Positions 37,892-47,894 of a stretch of 64,000 nucleotides of DNA are shown piece after piece. The position numbers and the translations under genes were made by a program. Below the pieces are notes generated by a model. It ran no database searches. It saw only the letters and a program-made list of their open reading frames with translations, and was not told the DNA's origin. This DNA is from Kiritimatiellia bacterium (GTDB taxonomy: Bacteria > Verrucomicrobiota > Kiritimatiellia > RFP12 > UBA1067): the NCBI GenBank assembly GCA_028686345.1, contig JAQUCE010000002.1, forward strand, positions 42,735 to 106,734. Direction: 5' to 3'. Position 1 is the stretch's first letter, and each line of letters opens with the position of its first letter.

Positions 37892-40414
37892 TCACCTTGG
37901 TTTTACCCGCCGCGTGGGTTCGGCCTGCGCGGGATCTTCGGGCCAGTAGTGTCTGGGGTAGCGCCCGCGCATATCCTTGCGCACCAGCGCGTAGCTGCTT
38001 TGCCAGAAACCTTCGAGATCCTGGGTGACCTGCACCGGGCGCTGGGCCGGTGAGAGCAGGTGCATTGTCACCGGCACCCGCCCCTCCGCGATTTTCGGGG
38101 TGCTCAGCATCCCGAATACCTCTTGAATACGGACCTTGAGACAGGGTTGATCGGTTTCGTAATTGACCCGGATGCGGGAGCCGCTGGCCACTTGGATATG
38201 GGTGGGCGCCAGTTTGTCCAGCCGCCGCATATCACACCCCAGGCGGGCCAGATAACCGAGAATGATCCCGGCCATGTCCAGCCGCTGGATGTGAGCCCAG
38301 CGCGTCAGACCATCGCAGGCAGGCTTGAACCAATCCTCCAGGGTTGCCAGGAGTGCCGCGTCGGAGAGATCCGGCCACCCTTGATTGGGCAGCACCCGGC
38401 TCAAGAAGGTGACCCGCTCGCGAAGGCTCTGCGCTGCCATGGACCACGGCAGTTGGTCGATGCCTTTGCTGCGAACTCCCTCCAGCATTGCTGCTGCCAT
38501 CTGTTCAGGGTCAGGCTTCAGGCATGGGCTCTCTTTGATTGTGATGGCACCCAGCCGTGTGCGTTCGGTGGCTGCCACAGTTTCGTTACGTTTATCCCAA
38601 TGCGGGAGGGTTGTAGTTTCAAAATGGCTATGGAACAGCTCATGAACCTGAGCTTCGTCGATTGCCGCTGCCAGGCGGATACGGGTGTTGGCCCCGGCAT
38701 CGTGCAGTTCGATTGCCACCAGCCAATCCTCAGCGGCAAGTGGCTCAGCAATGTCAATGATTGCTCCCTGACCGCTTCGCAGCAGGTAAACGCCGCGGTT
38801 ATCGCGTTTACGGGCAACGCGGTCGGGGAAGGCCCAGGCCAGGAGTGAGCCGTCATCAATCCACTGATGCTTGCGATGGGCCGCGCTAACGCCGCGGCCC
38901 CACTGCTGCGCCAGCTCTCTGATTGAGCGCGCCGGGAACGAATCGGGGTTACATTCGATAAATTCGGCCAGGGCGCCCAGATCAGTGAACTCGCGCAGTC
39001 GCGCGTGTGAGCTGCGTTCACTGATCAAGGCCGCGAGGAAAGAGGCCCGCCCCACGGCGCCGTAATCCGCCGCCTCCAGAATCATATGCGCCAGCCGCGG
39101 GTGGACCGGGATGCGGGCCATGGCCCGCCCGCGGAGGGTAATGCGCAACCGGCCCGCATCCTCGGCAATGGCCTCCAGTGTGCGCAGCAGGCCCACTGCC
39201 CGCTGCCAGGCGGCGGCGGGCGGCGGTGTCATCCAGGGCAGCTCATGCGCACTGGTCATACCCCACTCCGCGCACTGCAGCACAGTGGCGGTGAGGTCGG
39301 TGTCGAGGATCTCCGGCTCTGACTCGGCCTTGAGCTGGCGATCAGCAGCCTCATCCCAGAGCCGCAGGCAGAGTCCCGGAGCAAGCCGCCCGGCTCGTCC
39401 ACGGCGTTGATCAGCGCGGTCGCGTGTGACCGGCAGGGTTTCCAGCCGCGCCATGCCCAGTCGCGGTGAGTAGCGCGGCACGCGCATGAGCCCCGCGTCA
39501 ATCACCACCCGGATGCCTTCGATGGTCAGGGATGACTCCGCGACCGATGTGGCCAACACCACCTTGCGGGTGTTCCCGCGCGGCGGGGCGATGGCGGCAT
39601 CCTGCTGTGCGCGCGGCAGGGAGGCGTAGAGCGGGTGGATCTCCACGTTATCCGGCAGGGCTTGATTCCGCAGCGCAGCACAGCACTGCTTGATCTCGCC
39701 TTCGCCTGGAAGGAACACCAGGATACTGCCACGCTCGCTCTCCAGTGTCCGCATCACGGAGGAGGCCACCTGACGGTGGAGCGCGGCAGTTGAGGGGCGC
39801 GGCAGATAAACGGTCTCCACTGGATAGAGGATGCTTTGGGCAGTGTGCACATCGGCATGGCCGATGTGGCTGGCGATGAGATCAGGCTGAAAGGTGGCGG
39901 ACATGATTACGAGCCGCAGATCCGGACGCAGCGCCTGCCGGATTTCAAGGGTGATGGCCAGCGCGGTGTCGGCGGCCAGGGAGCGTTCATGAAATTCATC
40001 GAAGATGATCACCCCGACCTCGCGCAACTCAGGGTCGGAGATCAGACGCTGAATCAGTAGTCCCTCGGTGATAATCTCAATCCTGGTGGAGCGCGAGATC
40101 TTGCGATCAAGCCGCACGTGATAGCCGATGGTCTCCCCCACTGCTTCGTCCAACTGGCGCGCCATGTAGGCGGCAGCTGCGCGGGCTGCCAGACGACGCG
40201 GTTCCAACAGCAGGATCTTGCTTCCTTTCAGCCAGCTCTGACGCAACAGGGCTGGTGCCACACGGGTGGTTTTACCGGAACCCGGGGGTGCCTGCAGCAC
40301 AACATTGCGCCCAGCCTCCAGCGAGGCGCACACCTGCGGCAGGATCTGATCAACCGGGAATTCGTCGAAGTTGGTGCTCATAGCAGGTGGGTGCAGCGTA
40401 GGGCTATCATTCAT
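37892..40414 (-). CDS. hrpB: ATP-dependent RNA helicase HrpB (DEAH-box)
   Basis: LQAPPGSGKTT (motif I), DEFHER (DEAH-like motif II), an HA2 region, and a C-terminal HrpB-specific domain. 840 aa. Confidence 0.85.
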   Translation of the reverse strand: MNDSPTLHPPAMSTNFDEFPVDQILPQVCASLEAGRNVVLQAPPGSGKTTRVAPALLRQSWLKGSKILLLEPRRLAARAAAAYMARQLDEAVGETIGYHVRLDRKISRSTRIEIITEGLLIQRLISDPELREVGVIIFDEFHERSLAADTALAITLEIRQALRPDLRLVIMSATFQPDLIASHIGHADVHTAQSILYPVETVYLPRPSTAALHRQVASSVMRTLESERGSILVFLPGEGEIKQCCAALRNQALPDNVEIHPLYASLPRAQQDAAIAPPRGNTRKVVLATSVAESSLTIEGIRVVIDAGLMRVPRYSPRLGMARLETLPVTRDRADQRRGRAGRLAPGLCLRLWDEAADRQLKAESEPEILDTDLTATVLQCAEWGMTSAHELPWMTPPPAAAWQRAVGLLRTLEAIAEDAGRLRITLRGRAMARIPVHPRLAHMILEAADYGAVGRASFLAALISERSSHARLREFTDLGALAEFIECNPDSFPARSIRELAQQWGRGVSAAHRKHQWIDDGSLLAWAFPDRVARKRDNRGVYLLRSGQGAIIDIAEPLAAEDWLVAIELHDAGANTRIRLAAAIDEAQVHELFHSHFETTTLPHWDKRNETVAATERTRLGAITIKESPCLKPDPEQMAAAMLEGVRSKGIDQLPWSMAAQSLRERVTFLSRVLPNQGWPDLSDAALLATLEDWFKPACDGLTRWAHIQRLDMAGIILGYLARLGCDMRRLDKLAPTHIQVASGSRIRVNYETDQPCLKVRIQEVFGMLSTPKIAEGRVPVTMHLLSPAQRPVQVTQDLEGFWQSSYALVRKDMRGRYPRHYWPEDPAQAEPTRRVKPR

Positions 40415-40448
40415 TTTCGTTTTCTATGCCCATTTTTCATTTCTAAGA

Positions 40449-40620
40449 TTTTTCACCTCAAAAACAACGCAGCGCGTTGATTCCACTCCGACACAGTTTG
40501 CGACAAAGTTAACGACAAAGTTTACACTTGCGCTGCAAGGTCGTTCGTGGGGCGCGGTGGAGGCAGAGCCCTACCGCTGCGGCCGACAATGCTGTGCGAC
40601 GATGTTGACCGACGATTGAG
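40449..40620 (-). repeat. Dispersed repeat family 4 copy (reverse orientation)
   Basis: Reverse complement of the 1741-1917 / 14599-14880 cores. Confidence 0.55.
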
Positions 40621-40725
40621 AGCTTGCGGGGGCCTAATCCTAATCATTATCCTAATCCCAATCCTCGTCTTTGTTGAATGAAGTACCTCAAGCTTCCAGC
40701 TTGAATGAAAATATCTTCTGCAAGC

Positions 40726-40890
40726 AAGATGCTTGCACTACTCCATTATCGCTTTTACGGTCACGTCACAATAATCCGCCCTGGAGCAGCCTTCCGTCTT
40801 CGCGCTTCGTAGCTACGCCGGACACGGAAAGGCTGGACAACAAACCTTACGGGGCAGCCGTTTGTTGCTAAAGCAGCGGTCTCTTAATCA
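40726..40890 (+). repeat. Structured repeat family 2 copy
   Basis: gcaagcaagatgcttgcactactccattatcgcttttacggtcacg...ggagcagccttccgtcttcgcgcttcgtagctacgccggacacggaaaggctggacaacaaaccttacggggcagccgtttgttg. Confidence 0.6.
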
Positions 40891-40920
40891 CAAACTCTTT
40901 CGGTTGCCCGGCTAGCTGCT

Positions 40921-42246
40921 TTAGTCCTCTTTGAGAATACCATGGCTTTTGATATCTCTCATGGGAATTGTCTGGCTGACACCTGGCGCGGTTTCAAGGC
41001 GGATCCCCTCTTCGCTGATAAATTCGATCACGCCCTTGTAGTAAGAGCGGGTGGTGGTAACCTCATAGTTGGGAATGAACTGCCGCACTAGTTTAATCTG
41101 CAGGGCGGTGGTTTGATCCTGGATGATGGTGAATGGGCGTTTCTGGGGGGCGTATCCCTGGCGGATGATCTCAACCTCGTGTTCACCTGCCATGATGTCG
41201 CCAATCGACAGCGGGTTTGAGACAGCGCTGGTGCCAGCTTTGTCAGCCTCAGTGATGCCGGCCTTTTTGCCATTCACCAGGATCGTGGCGCCTGCGGGGG
41301 CGGTGATGATGGTGAGAATGCCTGTGTTGCCGGTCAGCCGGAACTCCTCTGTGCGGGAGGTGCCCTTCTCAACCTCGATGTCGCGCGCCATCGGGGTGTG
41401 GCCAGCGAGTTCGACCCGGATGCGATAGCTTCCCGGCGTGATATCAACAAAGTTATGGGGACTTTCACCCTTGAACTCATTGCCAAGATAGACCCGGGCA
41501 CCCTCTGGGATCGTGACAATTTTCAAGGAGCCGGGCAGTGGTTCGAGTTGAATGTTGACCTGCTGCCGCTCTCCGGCAGCCAGCGCGATATCACGCAGGT
41601 GGGGGGTGTAGCCATCCTGCCTGACCTCCAGTTTGACGCTGCCGCCAGGGATGCGGTCGATCTCGCACGGAGTTCTGCCGCGTGTGATGCCGTTGATCTG
41701 CACCTCCGCGCCTGCGGGTTCGGATGTGATATTAAGGGTGCCCGAGTCAGCGACCAGCGCGACCACCTCCTTATGGGGGGTGCGGCCATTGAGGGTAAGA
41801 TCAATCTCTTTTGTCTGAAAGCCGGGCAGCGAGATTGAGAGCCGGTGGTCACCCGGACGCAAGGTGGTGACCAGCAGGGGGGTGCTTCCCAGGGAGACAC
41901 CTTTGGTCGTCACCTCAGCCCCGGCAGGCTCGGAGTCGACCAGCAGCAGCCCTAGCTCAGGTGTGAGCATCAGTTTAACATTGCGGGTTATGCCTGGCTG
42001 CAGGGTGGTGCTCTCGAAGCTGTCGCTGTATCCCTCATGGGAGGCGCGGATCAGATATCTACCGGCTGGCAGATCAGTGATGGTCAGGGGCGTTATGCCG
42101 CGTTCCCTGTGGTTGACAGTGATTTCAGCCCCCTCCGGATCAGAGTGAATTATGAGGCAGGTGGCTGGCTCCTTGGAACTCTGGGCAAAGCAGGTGGAGA
42201 GCGCAAAGAGAGTCGCGATAACGGGAAGCATTTTGTATTTAATCAT
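40921..42246 (-). CDS. Secreted PEGA-domain repeat protein
   Basis: Signal peptide MIKYKMLPVIATLFALSTCFA. Several ~70-aa repeats carry the PEGA-like cores DPEGAEITVN, EPAGAEVTTKG, EPAGAEVQING, IPEGARVYLGN, APAGATILVNG. Confidence 0.7.
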   Translation of the reverse strand: MIKYKMLPVIATLFALSTCFAQSSKEPATCLIIHSDPEGAEITVNHRERGITPLTITDLPAGRYLIRASHEGYSDSFESTTLQPGITRNVKLMLTPELGLLLVDSEPAGAEVTTKGVSLGSTPLLVTTLRPGDHRLSISLPGFQTKEIDLTLNGRTPHKEVVALVADSGTLNITSEPAGAEVQINGITRGRTPCEIDRIPGGSVKLEVRQDGYTPHLRDIALAAGERQQVNIQLEPLPGSLKIVTIPEGARVYLGNEFKGESPHNFVDITPGSYRIRVELAGHTPMARDIEVEKGTSRTEEFRLTGNTGILTIITAPAGATILVNGKKAGITEADKAGTSAVSNPLSIGDIMAGEHEVEIIRQGYAPQKRPFTIIQDQTTALQIKLVRQFIPNYEVTTTRSYYKGVIEFISEEGIRLETAPGVSQTIPMRDIKSHGILKED

Positions 42247-42317
42247 GATGTTATACCTGTTTTATCCAGCAGCTGATCGGGCTTCGGGGAAGTCCGATCA
42301 GCTATTGGAATGGGGGG

Positions 42318-43619
42318 TTAGAGTCGGTTTTCCACATCCAGCAGCTTGCGGGTCGCCTCAGCATGGCGCGGATCAGAGCGTTCGGGGATCATCTCGCGCA
42401 GGATCTTCAGCTCTGTGGCTGCGGTGTGCCACTCTTTCAGGTTGATGGCGCGGTCAGCTTTGAAGTTCTGATCCCGGTATCTTTTTTCCAGTTCAACCTC
42501 GCACTGGTCAATGTTGTCAACAATCGTCGCGTAAAAATCCGGCTTAGGGTTAACTGTATCAAGGTAGAAGACCGCCTCTTTGTAACTCTTGATGGCCTCG
42601 AAAAGGTTGCCGTGACGGACATTAAGTTCAGCAAACTTTTTATCTGCAATGGCGCGGGCCTCGATCGCGAGCTCGATCAGCTTGTCAGCGGAAAACTGAA
42701 TGGCCCAGATACCGAGTTCATTTTTGCTGAATGTTTCCAGTATTTCGCGTAAGGCTTTAAAGGCATCCGGCTCAAGCCGGTCACGAATCTGGCAGGTGTG
42801 CACATTGGTGCCCACGGCAATGGTGAGTTTCCAGAGCTTGAGTGTTCCAGGGGCCGAGGCGTAGCCTGTGTAGCTGGGGTCAAGGGTGAAAAATCCGCTG
42901 GCTTTAATTGTTTTGGTAAGGTTGGAGATCAGCTCCTGATCCAGCCGCTTCTCTTTGCGCACATGGCGGTCGCCGGCAATATCGTCGATCACAGCGCTCA
43001 ACATGTTGTCAGGGGTGATGGTCAGGCTGTACTTAAAGATATTGGCCGTGTCGGCCTCGACCTTCTCGTACTGAATCAGCAGCTCCTCGTTGCTAACAAT
43101 TGACGCGGCAACGGTTTTGCTCTTTTCTTTGCCCGGGGTCAGGATCAACGTTGCACCGATAACCAGAACCAGGATCGAACCTGCAATCCATAGCACTGGA
43201 CGCAGGGCTGATTTTTTATCATCCACTGTGTTTTCGCTGCTGCTGTTGAACCCTAGATCAATCAACACCTCCCCCTCGCCTATGAGCGCTGCTTCAACGC
43301 TGGGGATCAGATCGTCTGGCGGGTCAGCAACGACCTTGATGGTTGACTCGCCCACCTCAATCAAATCGTTGTGGTGCAGCTCTTTTTCGTCAACCGCCTC
43401 GCCATTTACCAGTGTCTCGTTGGCACTGGCCAGATCAATCACAAACAGCTTCGAGTCTCTGAGTTCGAATCTGCAGTGCGAGCGCGAGAGCAGGAGATCC
43501 TTGATCTTGATCGCGCAGGTGTTGGAGCGCCCCAGATTCATTGAGGCTTTGTTGACTGGATACTCCTGTCCCGCCCGCGGGCCGGCGGTGATTTTAAGGG
43601 TATATTTTTTTGAGTTCAT
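42318..43619 (-). CDS. FHA-domain membrane protein (N-terminal FHA, one TM helix, C-terminal TPR-like periplasmic region)
   Basis: N-terminal FHA signature (RSNTCAIKIKDLLLSRSHCRFELRDSKLFVIDLASANETLVNG). TM LWIAGSILVLVIGATLIL. Confidence 0.7.
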   Translation of the reverse strand: MNSKKYTLKITAGPRAGQEYPVNKASMNLGRSNTCAIKIKDLLLSRSHCRFELRDSKLFVIDLASANETLVNGEAVDEKELHHNDLIEVGESTIKVVADPPDDLIPSVEAALIGEGEVLIDLGFNSSSENTVDDKKSALRPVLWIAGSILVLVIGATLILTPGKEKSKTVAASIVSNEELLIQYEKVEADTANIFKYSLTITPDNMLSAVIDDIAGDRHVRKEKRLDQELISNLTKTIKASGFFTLDPSYTGYASAPGTLKLWKLTIAVGTNVHTCQIRDRLEPDAFKALREILETFSKNELGIWAIQFSADKLIELAIEARAIADKKFAELNVRHGNLFEAIKSYKEAVFYLDTVNPKPDFYATIVDNIDQCEVELEKRYRDQNFKADRAINLKEWHTAATELKILREMIPERSDPRHAEATRKLLDVENRL

Positions 43620-43622
43620 AGC

Positions 43623-44546
43623 TTAAAAGAGATGCTCCAGGGTTTGGCGCAGAATTGGGCCGAGAAGGATAATAAACACAGCGGGAAAAATGAAAAGCAT
43701 CAGGGGGCCCAGCATCTTGACCGGGGCCTCGTTGGCCAGTTTTTCCGCCCGGTCAAAGCGGCGTGACCGGATCTGGTCGGATTGAATGCGCAGGATCGGG
43801 CCAATGCCGACACCCAGTTCATCGGCTTGAATCAGCGCGTGAGTGACGGATTTCAGCTCTGCCAGGTTGACGCGCTGGGCCATGTTTTTGAGGGCAATTC
43901 GTCGGGGGATACCAACCTGAATCTCGCGCGACATGCGGATCAGCTCCTCGTTCAGCGGATCGAGTTTACGGCGCTGGCAGTTACGCTGCAACGCACTCAT
44001 GAAATCCATGCCAGCCTCAACCGAGAGGGTCAGCAGATCCAACACAAAGGGCAGCGATTTTTGAATGGAGCGGTGGCGCAGGCTCAGAGCCCGCTTCAGC
44101 CAGAAGACCGGGTAGATGTAAAAAACAATCAGCCCCAGCACTGCGAGATACAAGGTGTTGCCTGCCAGCAGCGACTCAGGATTGAGCGTATCCAGCAGCT
44201 TGAGGGTCGCAATCCAGAATGATCCGAACACAATCGGCATCAGAATCTTGAGTGCCACAAACTCGCGCCCTGAGAGCAGCCCTTCAAAACCAGCTGCAAT
44301 CAACTGGCTTTCACCTTGATCACGCGAGCCTTTAAATGACGGTCGCATGATAAAGGTGTTCAGGTTGGGCACAAACGGCAGCATCAGACGGAACATCAGC
44401 GGCAGCCGCCGCTCCTGCTGCCGCCCATCCGCTAAGGTCACATAGGTGATCTGCTTGGCAGCATTAAAGCAATACCACGCAATGCCCGCTGCGCAGAGAA
44501 ACCAGGTTGCCACAGCGCCATACCAAAAAATATCAGCCAAATTCAT
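43623..44546 (-). CDS. Type II secretion system F-domain (TadB/TadC-like) inner-membrane protein, single GspF domain
   Basis: 307 aa with a 3-TM layout and the GspF-type core LLTLSVEAGMDFMSALQR...NEELIRMSREIQVGIPRRIALKNMAQR. Confidence 0.6.
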   Translation of the reverse strand: MNLADIFWYGAVATWFLCAAGIAWYCFNAAKQITYVTLADGRQQERRLPLMFRLMLPFVPNLNTFIMRPSFKGSRDQGESQLIAAGFEGLLSGREFVALKILMPIVFGSFWIATLKLLDTLNPESLLAGNTLYLAVLGLIVFYIYPVFWLKRALSLRHRSIQKSLPFVLDLLTLSVEAGMDFMSALQRNCQRRKLDPLNEELIRMSREIQVGIPRRIALKNMAQRVNLAELKSVTHALIQADELGVGIGPILRIQSDQIRSRRFDRAEKLANEAPVKMLGPLMLFIFPAVFIILLGPILRQTLEHLF

Positions 44547-44689
44547 GTAGCAATAATATCATTATGAATATTGAGTGTCACGCGCATTCTGATAGTTTCA
44601 TCGGCATTAAAAATACAGTGATAATTCGGCTGCGCCGAATTATTCTTAATTGCTGCTCTCTCAACTCCTGTCGCGAAAAACAAGAAGTT

Positions 44690-44870
44690 CAGATACCGAT
44701 CTTCATCGCTTTGGAGCAGCCTTCCGTCTTCGCGCTTCGCAGCTACGCCGGACACGGAAAGGGTGGACAACAAACCTTACAGGGCAGCCGTTTGTTGTTC
44801 ACACTTCCCTGTCACGGCGTAAAAGCGAAGTTCGGAGCCGGAAGCGTGCTCTTTATTCTCTGGCAGGTTA
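44690..44870 (+). repeat. Structured repeat family 2 copy (lacks the 5' hairpin module)
   Basis: ggagcagccttccgtcttcgcgcttcgcagctacgccggacacggaaagggtggacaacaaaccttacagggcagccgtttgttgttcac. Confidence 0.55.
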
Positions 44871-44992
44871 TTGAGAAGTTACCTTTGTGTTAGTGCGCGA
44901 GTTAAAGAGATGGTGGTGTTGCTCCCGCACAAAAGGCACGACCTTTTTACTCGCGCACTGCTTCACTCCGCGCCAGGCGCGGATCTAGAACC

Positions 44993-45688
44993 TCAGGAGT
45001 TCCCGCCACCCTCCAGACGGGCGGCCTCGGCCAGCGAGCGGTTCATGTGGTCGCGCTCGTCAAGCCCCACACGGCGGATAAGGTCGCCGAGGCTCTTCTG
45101 GCGCGGGTAGTACTCAAACCAGATTGAGTCGACTGCCATGGAGTCAAACTCAGGGTGCTCCTGAGCGAAGAGCATATACTCGTGTTCAGCATGCGACTCA
45201 AAGGCCGCGTTCATTCTGAATGACCAGACAGGCTTGATCCAGTACATGATGCGGGTCAGATAAAAGTAGACAAAGGTCATGTGACGCGGCAACAGCCAGT
45301 GTTTAAACCAGCTGAGCTTGATCTGCTGCTGCCGACAGAGATCAGCCCACAGCAGCATGTGCCACTGTTCATTGTCCTGAGCTTCGCGCCCCATCTCAAT
45401 GTGGCGCAGAGCGTCCTTGATTTTCTGTTGATCAACCGGCCCTGTGGCGCAATGCCAGAGCGAGAGCAGCTTGTAGGCGCCGTTCTCCCAGGCCCAGTAG
45501 GGGTAGCGCGCCAGAATCTCCAGCACCAGCACCTTGGGCAGGGAGCGACCCTTGCCGTAGAGCAGATCAAAGGTCAGAAACATGATTTTAAGGGTCAGGT
45601 TGGCAGGCAGCCGCGGTGTTGCCAAGGTTTTTTCCTGCTCGGCTTTCAAATCCAGCTCTTTACCCATGGTGTAGATATCATCGGTCAT
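44993..45688 (-). CDS. Ferritin-like di-iron carboxylate protein resembling alternative oxidase / plastoquinol terminal oxidase (AOX/PTOX-like)
   Basis: Four-helix di-iron ligand pattern E...ExxH...E...ExxH: LEILARYPYWAWE, EMGREAQDNEQWHM, AFESHAEHEY, DERDHMN. The start was chosen at MTDDIY (45688) to avoid overlap with dnaX. Confidence 0.45.
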   Translation of the reverse strand: MTDDIYTMGKELDLKAEQEKTLATPRLPANLTLKIMFLTFDLLYGKGRSLPKVLVLEILARYPYWAWENGAYKLLSLWHCATGPVDQQKIKDALRHIEMGREAQDNEQWHMLLWADLCRQQQIKLSWFKHWLLPRHMTFVYFYLTRIMYWIKPVWSFRMNAAFESHAEHEYMLFAQEHPEFDSMAVDSIWFEYYPRQKSLGDLIRRVGLDERDHMNRSLAEAARLEGGGNS

Positions 45689-45731
45689 TGTGTGGTCTCT
45701 CCAGATACATTTTCCCTGTCTTAATCTTGAT

Positions 45732-47207
45732 CTACTCTTCAACATTAATGATTCGCGCGCCTTTGAGGATATCCTGGGCAAGAGCCAGAGCAGGGTCATC
45801 ATGCAGGGCTTGCGTTGCCTGGCGCAGCTCGGCCGGGCTCTTCTTGCGCTTGGCCGGCGGTGGCAGCTCCGCAGGCGCGGGTGCTGGCTCCGGCGGCGGG
45901 ATGGGTGTTGGCTCCCGCGGCGGGATGGGTGTTGGCTCCGGCGGCGGGATGGGAGTTGGTGCAGGAACTGCGGGTGGCGGTGGCGCTACCGCGGACGGCG
46001 GCACCCGGCTCGGTGCGGGATTGCCGGCAGCGGGAGCAGGGCTGGAGGGTGTCGCAGAGGCCGGGGCTGAGCCGCGCAGCTCGTTCAGCCGTCTGAGAAT
46101 GGCATCCAGCGGCACGGCCTGGGCAATACGGGCGCAGCGGATCAGGGCGAGTTCAATCAGGGTGCGCACTGAGAGCGCGTAACGCAGCCGCCCTTCGGTC
46201 TCGCCGAGTTGATCGGTAATCTGCAGCACGCGGTCGGGGTCAGCAAGTTTGGCCTGTTCAGCATAGACGGCGATCTGCTCCAAGGTGGCATCCTGGGCGG
46301 CCATCTGGTCGCCGACATGCATATAGATCAGCAGATTGCGGAAGTGCTCCATTAGCTCGACAACCAGGCGGCTCATATCCTTACCAGCGCAGTCAAAGGT
46401 ATCGATCATCTTTAGTATCCGCGGCATCTCACCTTGCAGCACCGCGCTTGAAAGTGTTTCCAGCGCCTTGCGGGAGACCAGACCAAAGACCGCCAGGACA
46501 TCCTCCTCGGTCAGCTGGTTGCCTTTGAACGAGATCAGCTGGTCCAGCGCCGAGAGCGCATCGCGCATCCCGCCCTCGGCACCGCGGGCAATGGCGAGCA
46601 GCGCATCCTCGGTGATCGTGACCCCCTCCTGGGAGCAGATGTAGTTCAGCCGTTTGACAATCGCCGCAATCTGAATCCGACGCAGATCAAAGCGTTGACA
46701 GCGCGAGATAATGGTTGGCAGCAGCTTGTGCCCCTCGGTGGTGGCAAAGATGAACTTGACATGCGCAGGCGGCTCCTCAAGGGTTTTCAGCAGTGCGTTA
46801 AAGGCCTGTGTGGTGAGCATGTGCACCTCGTCGATGATAATGATCTTGTAGGTGGCGCTCACAGGCGCGAACTGCACCTGTTCGCGCAGGGTACGCACCT
46901 GCTCCACCCCGTTGTTGGAGGCACCGTCGATCTCCAGCACATCCAGCGAGTTGCCGGCCGTGACCTCGCGGCAGATATCACAGACACCGCAGGGCGTGAC
47001 AGTGGGCCCCTGTTTGCAGTTTAAGGCCTTGGCAAAGATGCGGGCCAGCGAGGTTTTACCAATGCCGCGCGGGCCGACAAAGATATAGGCATGCGCCACG
47101 CGGTCGTTGATGATCGCGTTTTTAAGAGTTTGAGTAACATGCTCCTGCCCGACAACATCTTCAAAGAGATTCGGGCGCCATTTTCTTGCTAAAACTTTAT
47201 ATCCCAT
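45732..47207 (-). CDS. dnaX: DNA polymerase III subunit gamma/tau with a proline-rich repetitive C-terminal region
   Basis: MGYKVLARKWRP...VVGQEHV, Walker A GPRGIGKTS, the Zn module CKQGPTVTPCGVCDIC, DEVHML, and sensor motifs. C-terminal PTPIPPxE repeats are encoded by a 21-bp DNA tandem repeat (45880-45965). Confidence 0.9.
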   Translation of the reverse strand: MGYKVLARKWRPNLFEDVVGQEHVTQTLKNAIINDRVAHAYIFVGPRGIGKTSLARIFAKALNCKQGPTVTPCGVCDICREVTAGNSLDVLEIDGASNNGVEQVRTLREQVQFAPVSATYKIIIIDEVHMLTTQAFNALLKTLEEPPAHVKFIFATTEGHKLLPTIISRCQRFDLRRIQIAAIVKRLNYICSQEGVTITEDALLAIARGAEGGMRDALSALDQLISFKGNQLTEEDVLAVFGLVSRKALETLSSAVLQGEMPRILKMIDTFDCAGKDMSRLVVELMEHFRNLLIYMHVGDQMAAQDATLEQIAVYAEQAKLADPDRVLQITDQLGETEGRLRYALSVRTLIELALIRCARIAQAVPLDAILRRLNELRGSAPASATPSSPAPAAGNPAPSRVPPSAVAPPPPAVPAPTPIPPPEPTPIPPREPTPIPPPEPAPAPAELPPPAKRKKSPAELRQATQALHDDPALALAQDILKGARIINVEE

Positions 47208-47278
47208 AACACCCCGAGAGTTTACAGGGTTGGCGTTGGATATGCAAAAGAAAAAAAGTGATTTCAATTGCATATACC

Positions 47279-47292
47279 AGAACATTTGTTCT
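47279..47292. promoter_or_regulatory. Putative LexA operator (SOS box) of the GAAC-N4-GTTC type: AGAACATTTGTTCT, 12 bp upstream of the lexA ATG, in the dnaX-lexA divergent intergenic region
   Basis: The inverted half-sites AGAAC/GTTCT are read directly. Their position relative to the lexA start fits autoregulation. Confidence 0.5.
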
Positions 47293-47303
47293 ACTATATC
47301 CCC

Positions 47304-47894
47304 ATGGCACCTAAATCAAAGATCACCGCGCGAATTCCTGTACTGCAAGAGTATATGCGGCGCACAGGCAGAGCCCCGACGCTGAGGGAGCTCTGCGAGC
47401 TGTTTAATGTTAAGTCCAAAAACTCCGCCGCTTTAATGGCTCAGGGCTTTGTGGCAGCTGGCATTGTGACTAAAACCGCGAGCGGGCGGCTCTGCGCCCC
47501 GCCCCGCACAGGACGCGCGCTGCGTCTTTTAGGCAGCGTTACCGCTGGGTTTCCCTCGCCAGCTGAGGAGTCGCTGCTGGACACCGTCACGCTGGAGGAG
47601 TATCTGATCACCCGGCCGGATTCAACCTTCATGCTGCGCGTGGATGGTGATTCGATGATCGATGCCGGCATCCTGCCGGATGACATTGTGTTGATTGAAA
47701 GGGGGCGCGCCGCTGGCAACGGTGACATTGTAATTGCCTGTGTGGATGGCGAATGGACGATGAAGTACTACCATAAAACAGGGAAAGATGTGCGCCTTGA
47801 GCCGGCCAACCGCAACTACGCCACCATCCGCCCGCGGCGCTCACTCACGGTCGAGGGTGTGGTCTGCGGTGTTGTGCGCAAGCTGGGAGGGTAA
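47304..47894 (+). CDS. lexA: LexA repressor (S24 peptidase with an N-terminal winged-helix DNA-binding domain)
   Basis: N-terminal HTH-like LQEYMRRTGRAPTLRELCELF, C-terminal S24 motifs (VDGDSMIDAGILPDDIVLIE...KLGG), ~197 aa. Confidence 0.8.
   Translation: MAPKSKITARIPVLQEYMRRTGRAPTLRELCELFNVKSKNSAALMAQGFVAAGIVTKTASGRLCAPPRTGRALRLLGSVTAGFPSPAEESLLDTVTLEEYLITRPDSTFMLRVDGDSMIDAGILPDDIVLIERGRAAGNGDIVIACVDGEWTMKYYHKTGKDVRLEPANRNYATIRPRRSLTVEGVVCGVVRKLGG

Noticed and set aside
47304-47894. Interpreting the S24 peptidase as UmuD partnered with the downstream Y-family polymerase (umuDC)
   Set aside because: The protein has a full N-terminal HTH-like domain and LexA length. It is 800 bp and a repeat block away from the polymerase and carries a LexA-type box at its own promoter, so LexA is the better call.
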